A DNA stretch of 64,000 nt from Tubiluchus corallicola. Its lineage: Eukaryota; Animalia; Priapulida. This document shows, piece by piece, positions 1 through 14,074 of this stretch. Position numbers and translations under genes: made by a program. The notes beneath the pieces were generated by a model. It had not been told where the DNA came from, did no database searches, and saw nothing but the letters and a program-made list of their open reading frames with translations. The first letter of the stretch is position 1. Each line of letters begins with the position of its first letter. The stretch is taken from NCBI GenBank assembly GCA_030141605.1, contig JAQGDQ010000892.1:1-64000 (forward strand), written 5' to 3'.

Positions 1-908
1 GTTAACTGAACAGTGAGTAAATTTCATAAGTAATTTATTTGCTCTGCCATAGTAAATTGAACATCGTCGTAATATATCAAAATCATCTCTATTGTCTTCT
101 GATAAAATATGACCCTGATATTTTTCCTTTTTACTAGGTACAAAGCTTTTACACTGCAAAAGAGATTTGATTTTCTCTATTGTTTACCTCATTTTAGTAC
201 AAGATCAAATAAGAAACTGACTGTCAGTGATATATAACAAACAACAGCAGTTAATTATTAATAAATATTAATTAATTAAATTAAGGCAGTAAATTAGGTA
301 TTTTGGTCGCCATCTGGAAGTTGAATGAAATATTGCAGTGTATAATGAATATTTTATTCGTTTCGAATGAATTTAATTAGTTTGAAAGCACTACCATCAG
401 CTGTTGCCAACCTGTAAAAACTGTATTTTGAAATAGAGTAATAACTATTGTATCAATTATGTACAACACAAATATAATAGATACAATATTGTTTCTTGCT
501 ATACTAATAAAGATTGTTGTTTCTGCTTTTTATACTTCTTATGGTGAAGCTACGGTGGCGCCAGCAACAGCAGCAACAGTAACAACAGTAAAAGCAACTG
601 CAGCGGAAGTAGCAGCAGTAAATGAACAAAAATGTGGCTATTGTTTAATGTTCAAATTGAAAAGTAATATGGCGACCATAATAAGCTTGCAGTCGAATTC
701 AGAATAGCGTTGAATCATAAATCACAAACACATCACATGTGGTGTGTGGTCATGGTATAACCAAATGTGGCCAGTCAATGGTTGAGAGGCTGACAGGAAA
801 GCTGCCTCTGACTGGTTTCTCATACCATACTGTCATGCCAGCTATTCACGTGTCTGACTGTAAATGTAACATAAACATTTCTGGTTCAGCGCATATAAGA
901 AACTTTAA

Positions 909-1538
909 ATCAAAATCAGACCCAATCTTAAACTGCAGGTCAAAACAATTTACTCTTTAAAATATTGTAAGAAAACATGCTATTTTTTATAGAAAGCCTT
1001 ACGTGAAAGAATTATTATCACACAAACACAATTTCACGTTCGCGCCACTAGTTCTTCGCTGTTACATACATGTCGCCGTTTGCTAGTTAGACGGGCACTA
1101 GCGCCTGCATTTGCACAAAAAACGCACAAACGCACTGCGCAGAAAACAGGTGCTATACTTTTTAGTTTTGTTTTGTTAGATTGTGACGAACTACACACGT
1201 TCGACAGCTCATGCGTGAGCACCGCGATAAATTTGAAATTTGATTTTTACCTTAAAAGTTGCCTAGTTTTAGTACAACACAATGAATATCTTACAGTAGC
1301 ACTGTACTTCAATTTTCTCTTTCGCAAACACGTGCAACACGCTCATGGAATATTTTTGCTGTTGAAAATTATGTTAGTTTGTGATGTCATCAATAGTTGG
1401 GCTCGCCCGCTGTTAATTAAGATTTTAATCTATTATTTAATTATCAGAAACGCTTTTGCAGTATTAATTGTGTTAAAATGTATACTTTTTATTGGACATG
1501 AAAATGGGGTAGTGTATGAAAAATCATCCTGTATTCCT
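909..1538 (+). mobile_element. Non-autonomous TTAA-flanked TIR element (Kolobok-like MITE family A), full copy
   Basis: TTAA at 905-908 and 1539-1542. Similar end to end to 11082-11689 and 21835-22414. Family termini AGCAAAACCRGA / TCCTGTMTTCCT are imperfect inverted repeats. Confidence 0.75.
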
Positions 1539-1902
1539 TTAAGAAGCTTATTTTTGGCACTGATCCATATTTCTGTGCCTCCATTTTTACAAGAAGCTTT
1601 ACCTCTAGCATCCAGTGACATAATGATTAACCTTGAGTCCCTCATTAGCAGGTTTCCATTACACCACACCTGTAATCATCGAATACGCCACACCTGTAAT
1701 CACGTACACATGAACGGGCCCTGTAATGAGCGCTGGATCCATGCACACAAATATACGAGTCTGCAAACTACAACACCGGATATAGAATACCCTACTCTTT
1801 CTATCCTGCGCCTTTATTCAACGTGTTTTATATGTTGCAGTAGATGTCAACGATATTGGCTTGTAAAATGCCAAAAACATTAACAGCATCTTTATCTTCA
1901 TC

Positions 1903-3700
1903 TAAACAGAAACCAGCAAGAATCAACGACTAAACAGGAACCAGCAAGAACCAGAAACTAAACAGAAACCAGCAAGAACCAGCAACTAAACAGAAACCAG
2001 CAACTAAACAGAAACCAGCAAGAGCCAGCAACTAAACAGAAACCAGCAAGAACCAGCAACTAAACAGAAACCAGCAAGAACCAGCAACTAAACAGAAACC
2101 AGCAAGAACCAGCAACTAAACAGAAACCAGCAACTAAACAGAAACCAGCAAGAACCAGCAACTAAACAGAAACCAGCAACTAAACAGAAACCAGCAAGAA
2201 CCAGCAACTAAACAGAAACCAGCAAGAACCAGCAACTAAACAGAAACCAGCAAGAACCAGCAACTAAGCAGAAACCAGCAAGAACCAGCAACTAAACAGG
2301 AACCGGCAAGAACCAGCAACTAAACAGAAACCAGCAAGAACCAGCAACTAAGCAGAAACCAGCAAGAACCAGCAACTAAACAGAAACAAGCAAGAACCAG
2401 CAACTAAACAGAAACCAGCAAGAACCAGCAACTAAACAGAAACCAGTAAGAACCAGCAACTAAGCAGAAACCAGCAAGAACCAGCAACTAAACAGAAACC
2501 AGCAAGAACCAGCAACTAAACAGAAACCAGCAAGAACCAGCAACTAAACAGAAACCAGCAAGAACCAGCAACTAAACAGAAACCAGCAACTAAACAGAAA
2601 CCAGCAAGAACCAGCAACTAAACAGAAACCAGCAACTAAACAGAAACCAGCAAGAACCAGCAACTAAACAGAAACCAGCAAGAACCAGCAACTAAACAGA
2701 AACCAGCAAGAACCAGCAACCAAACAAGAACCAGCAACTAAACAGAAACCAGGAAGAATCAGCAACTAAACAGAAACCAGCAAGAACCAGCAACTAAACA
2801 GAAACCAGCAAGAACCAGCAACTAAACAGAAACCAGCAAGAACCAGCAACTAAGCAGAAACCAGCAAGAACCAGCAACTAAACAGAAACCAGCAAGAACC
2901 AGCAACTAAACAGAAACCAGCAAGAACCAGCAACTAAAGAGAAACCAGCAAGAACCAGCAACTAAACAGAAACCAGCAAGAACCAGCAACTAAACAGAAA
3001 CCAGCAAGAACCAGCAACTAAACAGAAACCAGCAAGAACCAGCAACTAAACAGAAACCAGCAAGAACCAGCAACTAAACAGAAACCAGCAAGAACCAGCA
3101 ACTAAACAGAAACCAGCAAGAACCAGCAACTAAACAGAAACCAGCAAGAACCAGCAACTAAACAGAAACCAGCAAGAACCAGCAACTAAACAGAAACCAG
3201 CAAGAACCAGCAACTAAACAGAAACCAGCAAGAACCAGCAACTAAACAGAAACCGGCAAGAACCAGCAACTAAACAGAAACCAGCAAGAACCAGCAACTA
3301 AGCAGAAACCAGCAAGAACCAGCAACTAAGCAAAAACCAGCAAGAACCAGCAACTAAACAGAAACCAGCAAGAACCAGCAACTAAACAGAAACCAGCAAG
3401 AACCAGCAACTAAACAGAAACCAGCAAGAACCAGCAACTAAACAGAAACCAGCAAGAACCAGCAACTAAACAGAAACCAGCAAGAACCAGCAACTAAACA
3501 GAAACCAGCAAGAACCAGCAACTAAACAGAAACCAGCAAGAACCAGCAACTAAACAGAAACCAGCAAGAACCAGCAACTAAACAGAAACCAGCAAGAACC
3601 AGCAACTAAACAGAAACCAGCAAGAACCAGCAACTAAACAGAAACCAGCAAGAACCAGCAACTAAACAGAAACCAGGAAGAATCAGTAACTAAAGAGAAA
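1903..3700. repeat. 28-bp tandem satellite (ACTAAACAGAAACCAGCAAGAACCAGCA)n with 18-bp deletion variants
   Basis: Directly visible, about 1.8 kb, near-identical units. Confidence 0.97.
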
Positions 3701-4482
3701 ACAGTGCCATCAAAATTACCTATGCTTTATTGCTTTGGCTTAAACTCACTATCACATTAGCCCTACATATGACGTCAGAAAGAAATGTATTTACAAGAAT
3801 GACGTCACTTCTTACATAGATTAATTGGATTGAGTGAGTTGACTCAGTAACCTGGCTTAGCTTAATTAAAAATTATTTAATATGTTCCGAGGATCACTCA
3901 GGACACATTTAATCGATAAATCTGAGCAAATAGTTTCTCAGCAGGAGATTAAAGTTTCATAAAATGTCACAAAACCCTGAAGGTCTAACATGGAGGAAGG
4001 GCAGATTGTACAACGAACAGAATTTCCCATTTATTGAATTGAGACATTCAATAATAGAGAAGGTTTACTAAGTCATAGGCATGTTTTCAGTTACGAGTTT
4101 GATAAGATGATTGTGACATCTTGACAGCTTTGATGAAGAAGCTTAATAGTTCTAAAAATAAGTTGATGAGAGTAGATGCTTCCACAATACGGAGAGTGAT
4201 TAGAACAGAATTTGATAGACTCCAATAAAATGATTTGAAATGAAATGATTAACAAAAATGAAGAGGGGAGAAGAGAAGAGAGGAGAAGACTGGGGCAAGA
4301 ATGGACAAAAAAACGTAGCACAGCAAACCAGAACAGAGAAAGGCAGAGCCGTTCAGGAAAGGACAAACCAAGTCTCAGCCAAAGAAAACGGAACAGAAAA
4401 ATAGACAGAAAGAACAGAACGGAAAACAGAACAAAAAGGAAAAATGTAAAACTAGCCTGAACACAACAGGAATTGAGAGATT

Positions 4483-4986
<504 letters not shown>

Positions 4987-5344
4987 TATCCTTGATATTT
5001 AATATTTACATTTAATAATGAATAATTATAATTTAATTAATGTTAATAGTACAACTTATTAGAAAACATTTTATATTCAAAAAGGTGATTATACAATAGA
5101 TGTGAAACAGGTAAGTCAATCAAGCGGATTATGGAACGGAGCAGAATAGAACAGAATGAAACGAAGAAAATAGAGCAAATCAGAACAGAACAAAACAGAT
5201 AAAAACATGTAAAAACTGAGCCAAGTTTGTTTGTTCATCAGTAGCTGGTCATTATTTGATTTGTTTTTATTTACAGGTTAATCGTGTTTAGTGAAGTTTT
5301 GCTTAGAAGTGGGTCTAAAACGATTCGTTTTTTTATTGTAGAAA

Positions 5345-5769
5345 ATGGAAAACTCAACGTATATATTTCTAGAAGACATTGATCTCTACACAACTAACTC
5401 CAGCTTAAACCTTAGTTATTCGGATGAGGGTGGCGCATATCCGGACTATAGTCAGATTAGAGTGGTACATGCTTGTTTTGTGACATTATATCTACTTGTA
5501 ATGTTCCTAGCTCTAACTGGAAACATGATGGTTGTCCACACTGTATGGAGGCACAAGAAAATGCACACCGTAGTGAACTATTATATAGTAAACTTGGCAG
5601 TCAGTGATCTAATGGTTGCAGGGTTCGTCTTGCCACTGAAACTGTTAGAGCTCGCAGCGCACCCTACCTGGAGCATACTGAACGATCAACTGTGTAACTT
5701 CTTGCTTTATTCTCAGACGATTTTTGTATTTGCCAGCGTCTTGACTTTAATGGCTACTTGCATAGAAAG
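5345..5769 (+). CDS. First coding exon of a rhodopsin-class (class A) neuropeptide-type GPCR, TM1-TM3; partial gene
   Basis: N-terminal N-glycosylation sequons (NST, NSS, NLS). TM1 GN motif, ICL1 RHKKMHTVVNYYIVNLAVSDL (NLAxSD), ECL1 W...LC, TM3 ending TLMATCIER. Donor AG|GTAAGT at 5769/5770, phase 2 in the Arg of ERY. Upstream acceptor TTTATTTACAG ending 5276 implies a 5' UTR exon elsewhere. Confidence 0.92.
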
Positions 5770-5783
5770 GTAAGTTGTTAGCT

Positions 5784-6050
5784 GGAATTCCCCAGGGTTC
5801 TTTTCTGTACCCTTTACCATTTATTTTACACATCATTTATATCATTTTATGTACATTTTCGCAGTAGTTTTGGGAACGTAAACCAACCGTTTATACAACG
5901 TTGATTTGTCGGAGTTCCCCAGGGTTCTTTTCTGTACCCTTTACCATTTATTTTACATATCATTTTCGCAGTAATTTTGGGAACGTAAACCAACCGTTTA
6001 TACAACGTTGATTTGTCGGAGTTCCCCAGGGTTCTTTTCTGTCCCCTTTA
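5784..6050. repeat. Three imperfect direct repeats (~107-127 bp) at the start of the GPCR intron
   Basis: GGARTTCCCCAGGGTTCTTTTCTGT recurs at about 5784, 5911 and 6018. Confidence 0.85.
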
Positions 6051-6558
6051 TTGTTTAATTTATGCATAATTTATGATGCATACAATCATGGTATCTCGAG
6101 AAGCTGGTTTTCATAAACTGTTGAGCAGATAGTACCCTTTATACCGAGAACAACTTTGATGTGAGAGCAAATCCAATCATTTATAAGCTTGTTCTTGCTA
6201 CATCATGTTCTTTGTTTTTTGCCTTTGCCTTTTTAAGGATTAGTCTTTGCTTTTATCCATCAGCGCGTCGCGCGACATGAAAGCAAATCTCGCATGCTTT
6301 CGTCAGCCTCTTCCTGATTAGATGATGCGGGACGTAATAAATGTGTCAATGTCTCGCCTTGTCATCTATTCATTACTCAGTGGCAATTATGACCAGCAGA
6401 TGCTCAAAACGTGTCGTCTGACAACCTTGATAAATGACTGCAAAACTGATACATGTTCACTAATAGATGCGCAGCTAATTAGTGGCAGCAGAATTTACGC
6501 TAATTATCCCGCTCTATTAGGCTTCAGTTGCACGTGAATGAGGTAATTCTTTAATTCA

Positions 6559-6562
<4 letters not shown>

Positions 6563-6626
<64 letters not shown>

Positions 6627-6671
6627 AGAGAGAGAGAGAGAGAGAGAGTGAGAGAGAGGGAGAGAGAGAGA
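6563..6671. repeat. (GA)n microsatellite
   Basis: Directly visible. Confidence 0.97.
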
Positions 6672-6859
6672 TTTTGGAAAATAAGAAACGGAAAATTCGA
6701 CAAAAATGAAAGTATAGAATTTGAGTTCGTCTGAGTCAGGATTATCTGAATAGATTTTTTCCTAAAAGGATTTTATTACAAAGTATCATTTGTAAATTTG
6801 TATAAAACAGCAAATTATTGGATATTGCCTATTGATTTTTTTACTTTACTTATATCACC

Positions 6860-6974
6860 GGAGCACAATTACCAGCCCTTTTAAAGGCGGAAAAAAAGCT
6901 ATTTTAAAATAAATTTTTGAAACACATTTTTATTACCCTTATTTCACCTCTAAAAGGGTTGGTAATTGTGCTCC
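6860..6974. repeat. 115-bp fold-back element (tiny MITE-like inverted repeat)
   Basis: GGAGCACAATTACCAGCCCTTTTAAAGG at the left pairs with CCTCTAAAAGGGTTGGTAATTGTGCTCC at the right. Confidence 0.7.
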
Positions 6975-7719
6975 TTTTAAAACATTTCCTGGTCCGTGTT
7001 AAAAACTGAATTTCGAATTCAAAGACGTGTTTCCAGTACCATTTTATCATTTTATGCATGCCAAACCATGAAAGGGATCAAATTGGGTTGATTTATTACT
7101 CTGTACAGGTCTATTTCAGAATGCATATTACAAATTATCATCAACTGCCGTTAGCATAATAAATACAATTGTAATTAGAAATTTCCACAAGTGTGCTATA
7201 CTCCTCAGAGAGGGAAAAATAACCATTAAACTAATCTCTCCATTTATTTTGCTAATGTACAAACCATAAGCTTTAAATATTTACAAAATTTTAGGCATAA
7301 ATTGCCATAATTATCTTCTTAAACATCCCCACATTGCCCTCTGTGTGACCCCTATAAGCTGCAGCTTCTTTGGTCTCCCTAAAACATACATAACCCTAAA
7401 ACATTACATAACATAACATAATTGTTTATGTTAATAAGTTGACAAACCCATACGCATTATTGCTAATCTATTTTACGACAGAGCAGTAAAAATAACCATT
7501 ACAATAATTTCTCCATTTTTTTACTAATGTACTAACCATAAGTTTCAAAATATTTACAAAATTTTTCTCATAAACCGTCATTGTTGTTTACGTTAATAAA
7601 TTGAAAAATGTACACATTATCGGTAATATCTATTTTAAGTACGATCATCTGCTAAATTTGTCGTAAAACTGTAGTTTATGTTAATTCAAATAAATTAAAA
7701 TTGAAAATTAAAATTGATG

Positions 7720-8160
7720 TATGTCCCAAAAAACCTTCCATACAAAGTTAAGTCACTTTGTATTATGCTTACGTGCTTTTTAAGCAAATCAGAAAAAAAA
7801 TTCTTAATAATTTAAAAAGTTCGTAGTGTGACTGAACAACGTCACTGGCTCACAGAACAAGACACAACTGATCTTACTGACAATATAAAGTAATACGATA
7901 CTTTTGCTTAGTTAGTGAAAAGTGTTCTACGAATGCTCTGATTATTTTTTCAAACTTTACTCAATGTCATCTAAACTTGTGTCAAATGACTTATCATCAA
8001 AATGGCTGCGTCTGGCGGCCATCGCGGGGTTTAAATTTACATGTTTTATACAGCATTACTGCCGACGCAAGCCCTGTATGCAGAGAAGCAGTACGCAAGT
8101 GGTATAAAATTAGAAGACGAATTTTTTAAGCTTAATGTAACTGGAAGGTTTTCTTGTGCT
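7720..8160 (+). mobile_element. Kolobok-like MITE family C, 3' portion
   Basis: Homologous to 26865-27325. Ends TTTTCTTGTGCT|TTAA. A further degenerate piece follows at about 8250-8400. Confidence 0.65.
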
Positions 8161-9822
8161 TTAAAGCATTCAGTTGTCGTGCGTTTAAGCTGTTAAGAAT
8201 GAATGGAATTTTTGGAATGCGTTGCTAGCAAGAGAGTTGAGCATCTTAAAAGCACGTTTCAAACGACTATATCGGTCATCACGAGAGTTTAAGTTTTAAA
8301 GTTTTATACAGCGTTACTGTTAATGCAAACTCTGTGCGCAATAAGACAGGATCTAAGTGTATAAAATTTTAAGACGGTTTTTTAGCTTTTTTTTATGAAA
8401 AGTGTTTTCGTTTCCTGTAATAGGCACATTTAAAATTGTCTCTAAATAGTGCATGTCGATAGGTCGCTGCTGGTATTACGTCACAGATGTTTTAGCGAAT
8501 CACGTGATAAGCGTTGAATGACAGTAACTGAGGTTGCATTGACAAACTTTCCATGCAACATGATTCATTATGTTATTACTTTATTAAACTTTGTTTTTCT
8601 CTCAAACTGATTTCGATTAAATTGATTCCCATTGAATTCACTTCAACTTAATTCAATGTTATTTAATTCAACTCGGTCTATCTTAGCTTAGTTCAATGCA
8701 GTTTATTTCGATTCACTGAAGTTGAACAGAAGTGAACGGAACAGAAAGCAGAACAGAAATGAATTGAAAACACATGAAATATGTTAAGTTTAATATAAAA
8801 TATAAAACTGAATCGAATTGAAAATTTGTAATGGTTCAGTTCAATTCACTTTAACTTATTTTAACTCATCTCACTCTTTCCCCACTTTTTTCATTTAAAT
8901 TTAATTTAACTTGCGTCATATTTTAATCCAACATCGAGCAGAAACTAACAACTAAAATCGCGTGCCTGTCATGACCTGCATACACCAAACCTTTTTCTGT
9001 AAACTACATCTTTGCTCAACTAAACGTGTACTGGAAATCTTGCATAGGCGTTTGTTGTTAACTTTGGCCACCTTGTGGTGCTTTTTGGCCTAATCACGTG
9101 ATCAATTTGATCTGGGTCAGAGGCCTACAGTGAAGTGAAGACGTGTCATGATAAGTTAATAAGATATTGTCGTTATCTGTTTACAATTGCTCATGATTTG
9201 GGGCTAATAACGTATGTATATCCTCTAATTACTTTAAAAAACTTAAATTTAGTTTAAAATAACAGCTAGGTATTAATTAATACGACAGTACAGTGTAGAA
9301 CTCTTAATTATGTAAAATTGACTTTTGGCTATTATTATTTTTTGTTTATTTGTTATTTTTTGTTATTTTTGGCACTAATTTCTTATGTTTAGATGGAATG
9401 ACATGTTTTGGCAAATAAAGAGCAAAGAAAGAGCAAAATTTAATCGAGCTTCGAATTTGGTTTTGAAAGCCCAAACAAAGATCTTGCTTTTCAATTCAAT
9501 TTTTAATCGAGAAAATCCACAATCCTTTTCATTAATTCCCATGATTCTGTTCGGCACAATAGAACACCAGCACAATAGCGCCGCCATTATTTTATTATTC
9601 AACAAGTTGAATTAGATTTCGTGCAGTTCATTTTCGCTCACCTGATCAGTCGAACGGCCAGGACGTAGTTCAAACGAAGCCAATAAACTTGATTACTCGT
9701 TTCAGTCTTGTAACCTTGATTAGATTGCTTAAGCTTTGTTGTCTGGCGTTTTTATTCTCATCATCAAAAACATGTCCAAACAAGTTCTGACTACGTCTCG
9801 TGCCTTTGTTGTTTTTATGGCC

Positions 9823-10309
9823 GTGGCGGGCTGTTCCAAGAACGAATCAGTCGTGATTTCAAATACTTGCCCACGCCATGTTCGTAGGTAGTTCTGTCCT
9901 GGCAAAGGTAGCGTTCTTGGCATACGTGACTGCACTCATGTGTCTCATCTGTTTTTAGATATAATGAATATCAAATGTTATGACTGTGGCGGGCTGTTGC
10001 AGGCACGAATCAGTCGTGATTTCAAACACTTGTCCACGCCACATTCATAGGTAGTTCTGACCTGGCAAAGGTAGCGTTCTTGGCATACGTGACTGCACTC
10101 ATGTGTCTCATCTGTTTTTAGATATAATGAATATCAAATGTTATGACTGTGGCGGGCTGTTGCAGGCACGAATCAGTCGTGATTTCAAACACTTGTCCAC
10201 GCCACATTCCGTAGGTAGTTCTGACCTGGCAAAGGTAGCGTTCCTGGCATACGTGACTGCACACATGTGTCTCATCTGTTTTTAGATATAATGAATATCA
10301 AATGTTATG
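9823..10309. repeat. 163-bp tandem repeat, 3 copies
   Basis: GTGGCGGGCTGTT at 9823, 9986 and 10149. Confidence 0.92.
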
Positions 10310-10561
10310 AAAGCCTTCCGTCATGCAATTTCATTAGTAATGTGTAGATGCTGTGTTTTAGTGAGCACAGAACAACGTCCTCACTGGGATTAATTGTGGA
10401 TTAGTTTACATAAATGAGTCTGATGACTAATGTTGTTTGTTTGTTTGTACTGTTGTTAATGTTGTTTTTGTTTGTAAACGTTCATTGTGTACTAAACTTT
10501 GTAAAATAACTTAACACAATATAATATAATTGTAATATTTAACCACTGAAAAAACCGTTTA

Positions 10562-10562
10562 C

Positions 10563-10658
<96 letters not shown>

Positions 10659-10723
10659 CATCATTATCATTATTATCATCATCATCCTCATCATCATCAT
10701 CACCATCATCGTCGTCGTCGTCG

Positions 10724-10754
<31 letters not shown>

Positions 10755-10765
10755 TATTATTATTA
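10562..10765. repeat. (ATT)n/(ATC)n microsatellite
   Basis: Directly visible. Confidence 0.97.
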
Positions 10766-11081
10766 CTGTGTTTTATTGGGTTTTGTCTGTGTAGTTTTTT
10801 TTCTTCATTGTAATGTACTGCATTGTTTGTGTAATGTTTTGTAACTTCTAATTGTGATTGTATGGATTGTAAATCGTCAATAAATAAATTATTGTGTAAA
10901 TATTGTAATATATATATATGTCAGCATTACAATTAATAGTTTCTCTTTTTTGGTATTTTTAAAATACAACAAGGTACGGATATAAATACATAACTCATTT
11001 TATTTAAGTTTTTTACAGTTTTATTTACTAAAGAAAGGGTAATTTAGGAACATCAGACAGCCAGGGTTTCTCCCCTTTTAA

Positions 11082-11689
11082 AGCAAAACCGGACACAATC
11101 TTAAAGACTTAAATCGTAGGTCAAAACAAGCTACTCTTTAAAATATTGAAAGGAAACATACCATGACTTACGTGAAACGATTATTACCGCACAAACACAA
11201 TTTCACGTTCGCGCTACTAGTTCTTCGCTGTTACATGCATTTCGTCATTTGCTAGTTAGACGGGCACTAGCGCCTGCATTTTGGAAACGCATTGCACAAA
11301 AACGGGTGCTGTACCTCACATTTCAGATGTGTTAGTTTGTGACGAACTACAGCATGACAGCACACGCGTGGGCAGAACGGTAAATTTCAAAATTGTATTT
11401 TTATCTTAAAGCTTGGTTTCAGTGCAACACACTGAATATCTTACATCAGCGCTGTACTTCAATTTTCGCTTTTGCAAACACGTGCAAACTCGCTCGTGGA
11501 ATATTTTTGCTCTTAAACATTATGTTAGTTTGTGATGTCATCAATAGTTGGACTCGCCCGCCGTTAATTAAGTTTTTAATCTATTATTTAATTATCAGAA
11601 ACGCTTTTGCAGTATTAATGGTGTTAAAATGTATACTTTTTATCGAATTTGAAAATAGGAAAGTATATGAAAAATCATCCTGTCTTCCT
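11082..11689 (+). mobile_element. Kolobok-like MITE family A, full copy
   Basis: TTAA|AGCAAAACCGGA ... TCCTGTCTTCCT|TTAA. Homologous to 909-1538. Confidence 0.8.
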
Positions 11690-12109
11690 TTAAACTATTC
11701 AATTTTTCCTTCAAATTTCCACCGTTTCTTAACAAAGGCTTACTTCTCACGATTTTTAACCACGTATTACTGCAACGAAAATCATAACTTCCTGTTGTAA
11801 GTAGGTCGTAATTGTGACGTATTTTCCATATAAGGTTCTTACTCCCGCCCACTGCAGTCGGTGCGTGGGTGGTCGCTTGCTCGTTTAGTCACGTCTTTGT
11901 ATCTGCACTTCTGCAGAAAATGTAAAAGCTACAATAACAAAACCCGATACAAGGATACGTGTCTGAACAAGAAACGAAAAGTGAGACCTTTGATTGCGAG
12001 TTGAGAAGACAAAAGTCACAATATAAAAAATGAGCCTGTCTTTCACAGATTTCATGCACAAATTTGGTTCTTACTAATCTGGAGTCTTCCCGAGATCCAG
12101 GAACTTCTG

Positions 12110-12718
12110 TTCCTCACATACAAGAACTTAGTTCCTGAAGCAGATTAGGGTTAGGGTTGGGATTAGGATTAAGGTTAGTGTTAGTTAGGATTAGGTTAGG
12201 GTTAGGATTAAGGGTAGCTTTCGAATTATCATTAGGGTTAGGGTTTGGATTAGGATTAAGGTTAGTGTTAGTTAGGATTAGGTTAGGGTTAGGATTAAGG
12301 GTAGGTTTCGAATTATCATTAGGGTTAGGGTTTGGATTAGGATTAAGGTTAGGGTTGGTCAGGATTAGGTTAGGGTTAGAATTACGGGTAGGTTTCGAAT
12401 TATGATTAGGGTTAGGGTTAGGATTAGGGTTAGGGTTACGGTTGGTTAGGATTAGGTTAGGATTAAGATTAGGACTAGGTTTCGGATTAGGGTTAGGGTT
12501 GGTTAAGGTTGTGTTAGGGTTAAGATTAGGACTAGGTTTCGGATTAGGGTTAGGGTTGGTTAAGGTTGTGTTAGGGTTAAGATTAGGACTAGGTTTCGGA
12601 TTAGGGTTAGGGTTGGTTAAGGTTGTGTTAGGGTTAAGATTAGGACCAGGTTTCGGATTAGGTTTCGAATTAGGGACAGGATTTGGATTAGGGTATTTAA
12701 ATTGTGTTTGGAAGTGCA
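12110..12718 (+). mobile_element. Interspersed element with an internal degenerate (TTAGGG)-like array, copy 1
   Basis: TTAGGG/TTAGGA/TTAAGG array at 12145-12693. Both non-repetitive flanks match the reverse complement of the flanks of 14075-14740. Confidence 0.65.
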
Positions 12719-13110
12719 ACGTTTAACTGAAAGCCAAGGTCACAGGTTCAAATCTCAAATACGATAGTCAGCTGCTCCTGCCCAGCTGGCAAAACATATT
12801 CCTGCCAATAATGGCTTCATGTGGGGGCGTTGGACTGCAGGTAAAAATGGGTCTTTCATCGTATTTAAAAATGGGGTAGTATATGAAAAATCGTCCTGTT
12901 TTCCTTCAAATTTTAGCTTCTCCTGCACGGGATAGAAACTTGTTTCATGTAACAGTCAATTTGGGGAAGTTTGCTCAATTAATTTGCCTAGATCACGAAA
13001 GTGCAATTTGGCGTAATTAGCCGTTGCAGGGAATAGCTTTTCCCATCCAATGAATCGTAATTACTGCACGCAGATGCTGATGATGGTGAATGCAAGGCAT
13101 GCTGAGTTGT

Positions 13111-13424
13111 GTGTGTTTGGCACAGACACCAGAATAAGTATGTGTTTGGCATAGACACCAGAATAAGTATGTGTTTGGCATAGACACCAGAATAAGTATG
13201 TGTTTGGCATAGACACCAGAATAAGTATGTGTTTGGCATAGACACCAGAATAAGTATGTGTTTGGCATAGCACCAGAATAAGTATGTGTTTGGCATAGAC
13301 ACCAGAATAAGTATGTGTTTGGCATAGCACCAGAATAAGTATGTGTTTGGCATAGACACCAGAATAAGTATGTGTTTGGCATAGCACCAGAATAAGTATG
13401 TGTTTGGCATAGCACCAGAATAAG
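13111..13424. repeat. 28/29-bp minisatellite (GTATGTGTTTGGCATAG(A)CACCAGAATAA)n, about 11 units
   Basis: Head-to-tail units with no spacers. Confidence 0.95.
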
Positions 13425-13564
13425 GGAACACGTTTTGTAAACAGTTCTAATGTTTGTCTGGAAGTAAAGTGTTAACAATGCGTTAATCAATAAATTCCGG
13501 TTATTATCATCGGAGCCGGATAAGGGGCCCTTGGGATATTGAAATTATGGGGGCACCCATAGAC

Positions 13565-14010
13565 GAAGCCATCCTCTAACTTGACTGAAACCGTCTTCTC
13601 CATGCATTCCTGTTGCTGACCATCTCTTCATTTATGTTCTTCTCTCTAAGATCTCCGTTTATGCATTCAAACCATCTCAGCTTGGGTCGTACTCTTTTTC
13701 TATTTCCCAGCACTTCCATTTCCATGGCCTCCCTTCCCACGTGATCTTCCCCAACTCTCCTTCTCAGGTGCCCATACCATCGCAATCTTGCCTCTTGTAT
13801 CTTTTTCGAGGCTTCCACTACTTTCACTGTTCCTCTAATATTACTATTCCTGATTTTGTCCCTTCTTGTTACTCCCATCATCCATCTCCGCTACATCCAT
13901 TTTCTTCTCTTCGGTCTTCTTTAGAGGTGCTGCTTCCAGCCCATATATTAGGGCGGGTCTGACCACTGCTTTGTGAACTTTACCTTTAAGTCTCGCTGGA
14001 ATCCTCCGTC
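13565..14010 (-). mobile_element. 5'-truncated RTE-clade LINE fragment (ORF C-terminus, degenerate)
   Basis: Translation GVTRRDKIRNSNIRGTVKV...IQEARLRWYGHLRRR...GNRKRVRPKLRW, and upstream RRIPARLKGKVHKAVVRPALIYG, are typical of the post-RT region of RTE elements. Confidence 0.88.
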
Positions 14011-14074
14011 TTGAACATTTTTACTCCTGGTTTATTATTGCTACATTTACATTTCTTGAAGTAAAGTTGGAAGG

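Noticed and set aside
1080-1883. 267-aa ORF, and similar ORFs at 11393, 22067, 26410 and 32969
   Set aside because: Chance frames through MITE family A. Frames and stops are not conserved among copies and there is no domain signature.
12114-12726. NPNP / GLGL repeat proteins, or a true telomere / fusion site
   Set aside because: Translation of a degenerate TTAGGG-like array that is internal and bounded by element flanks.
13111-13424. 29-bp direct repeats as a CRISPR array
   Set aside because: The units are contiguous with no unique spacers, there are no cas genes, and the context is eukaryotic.
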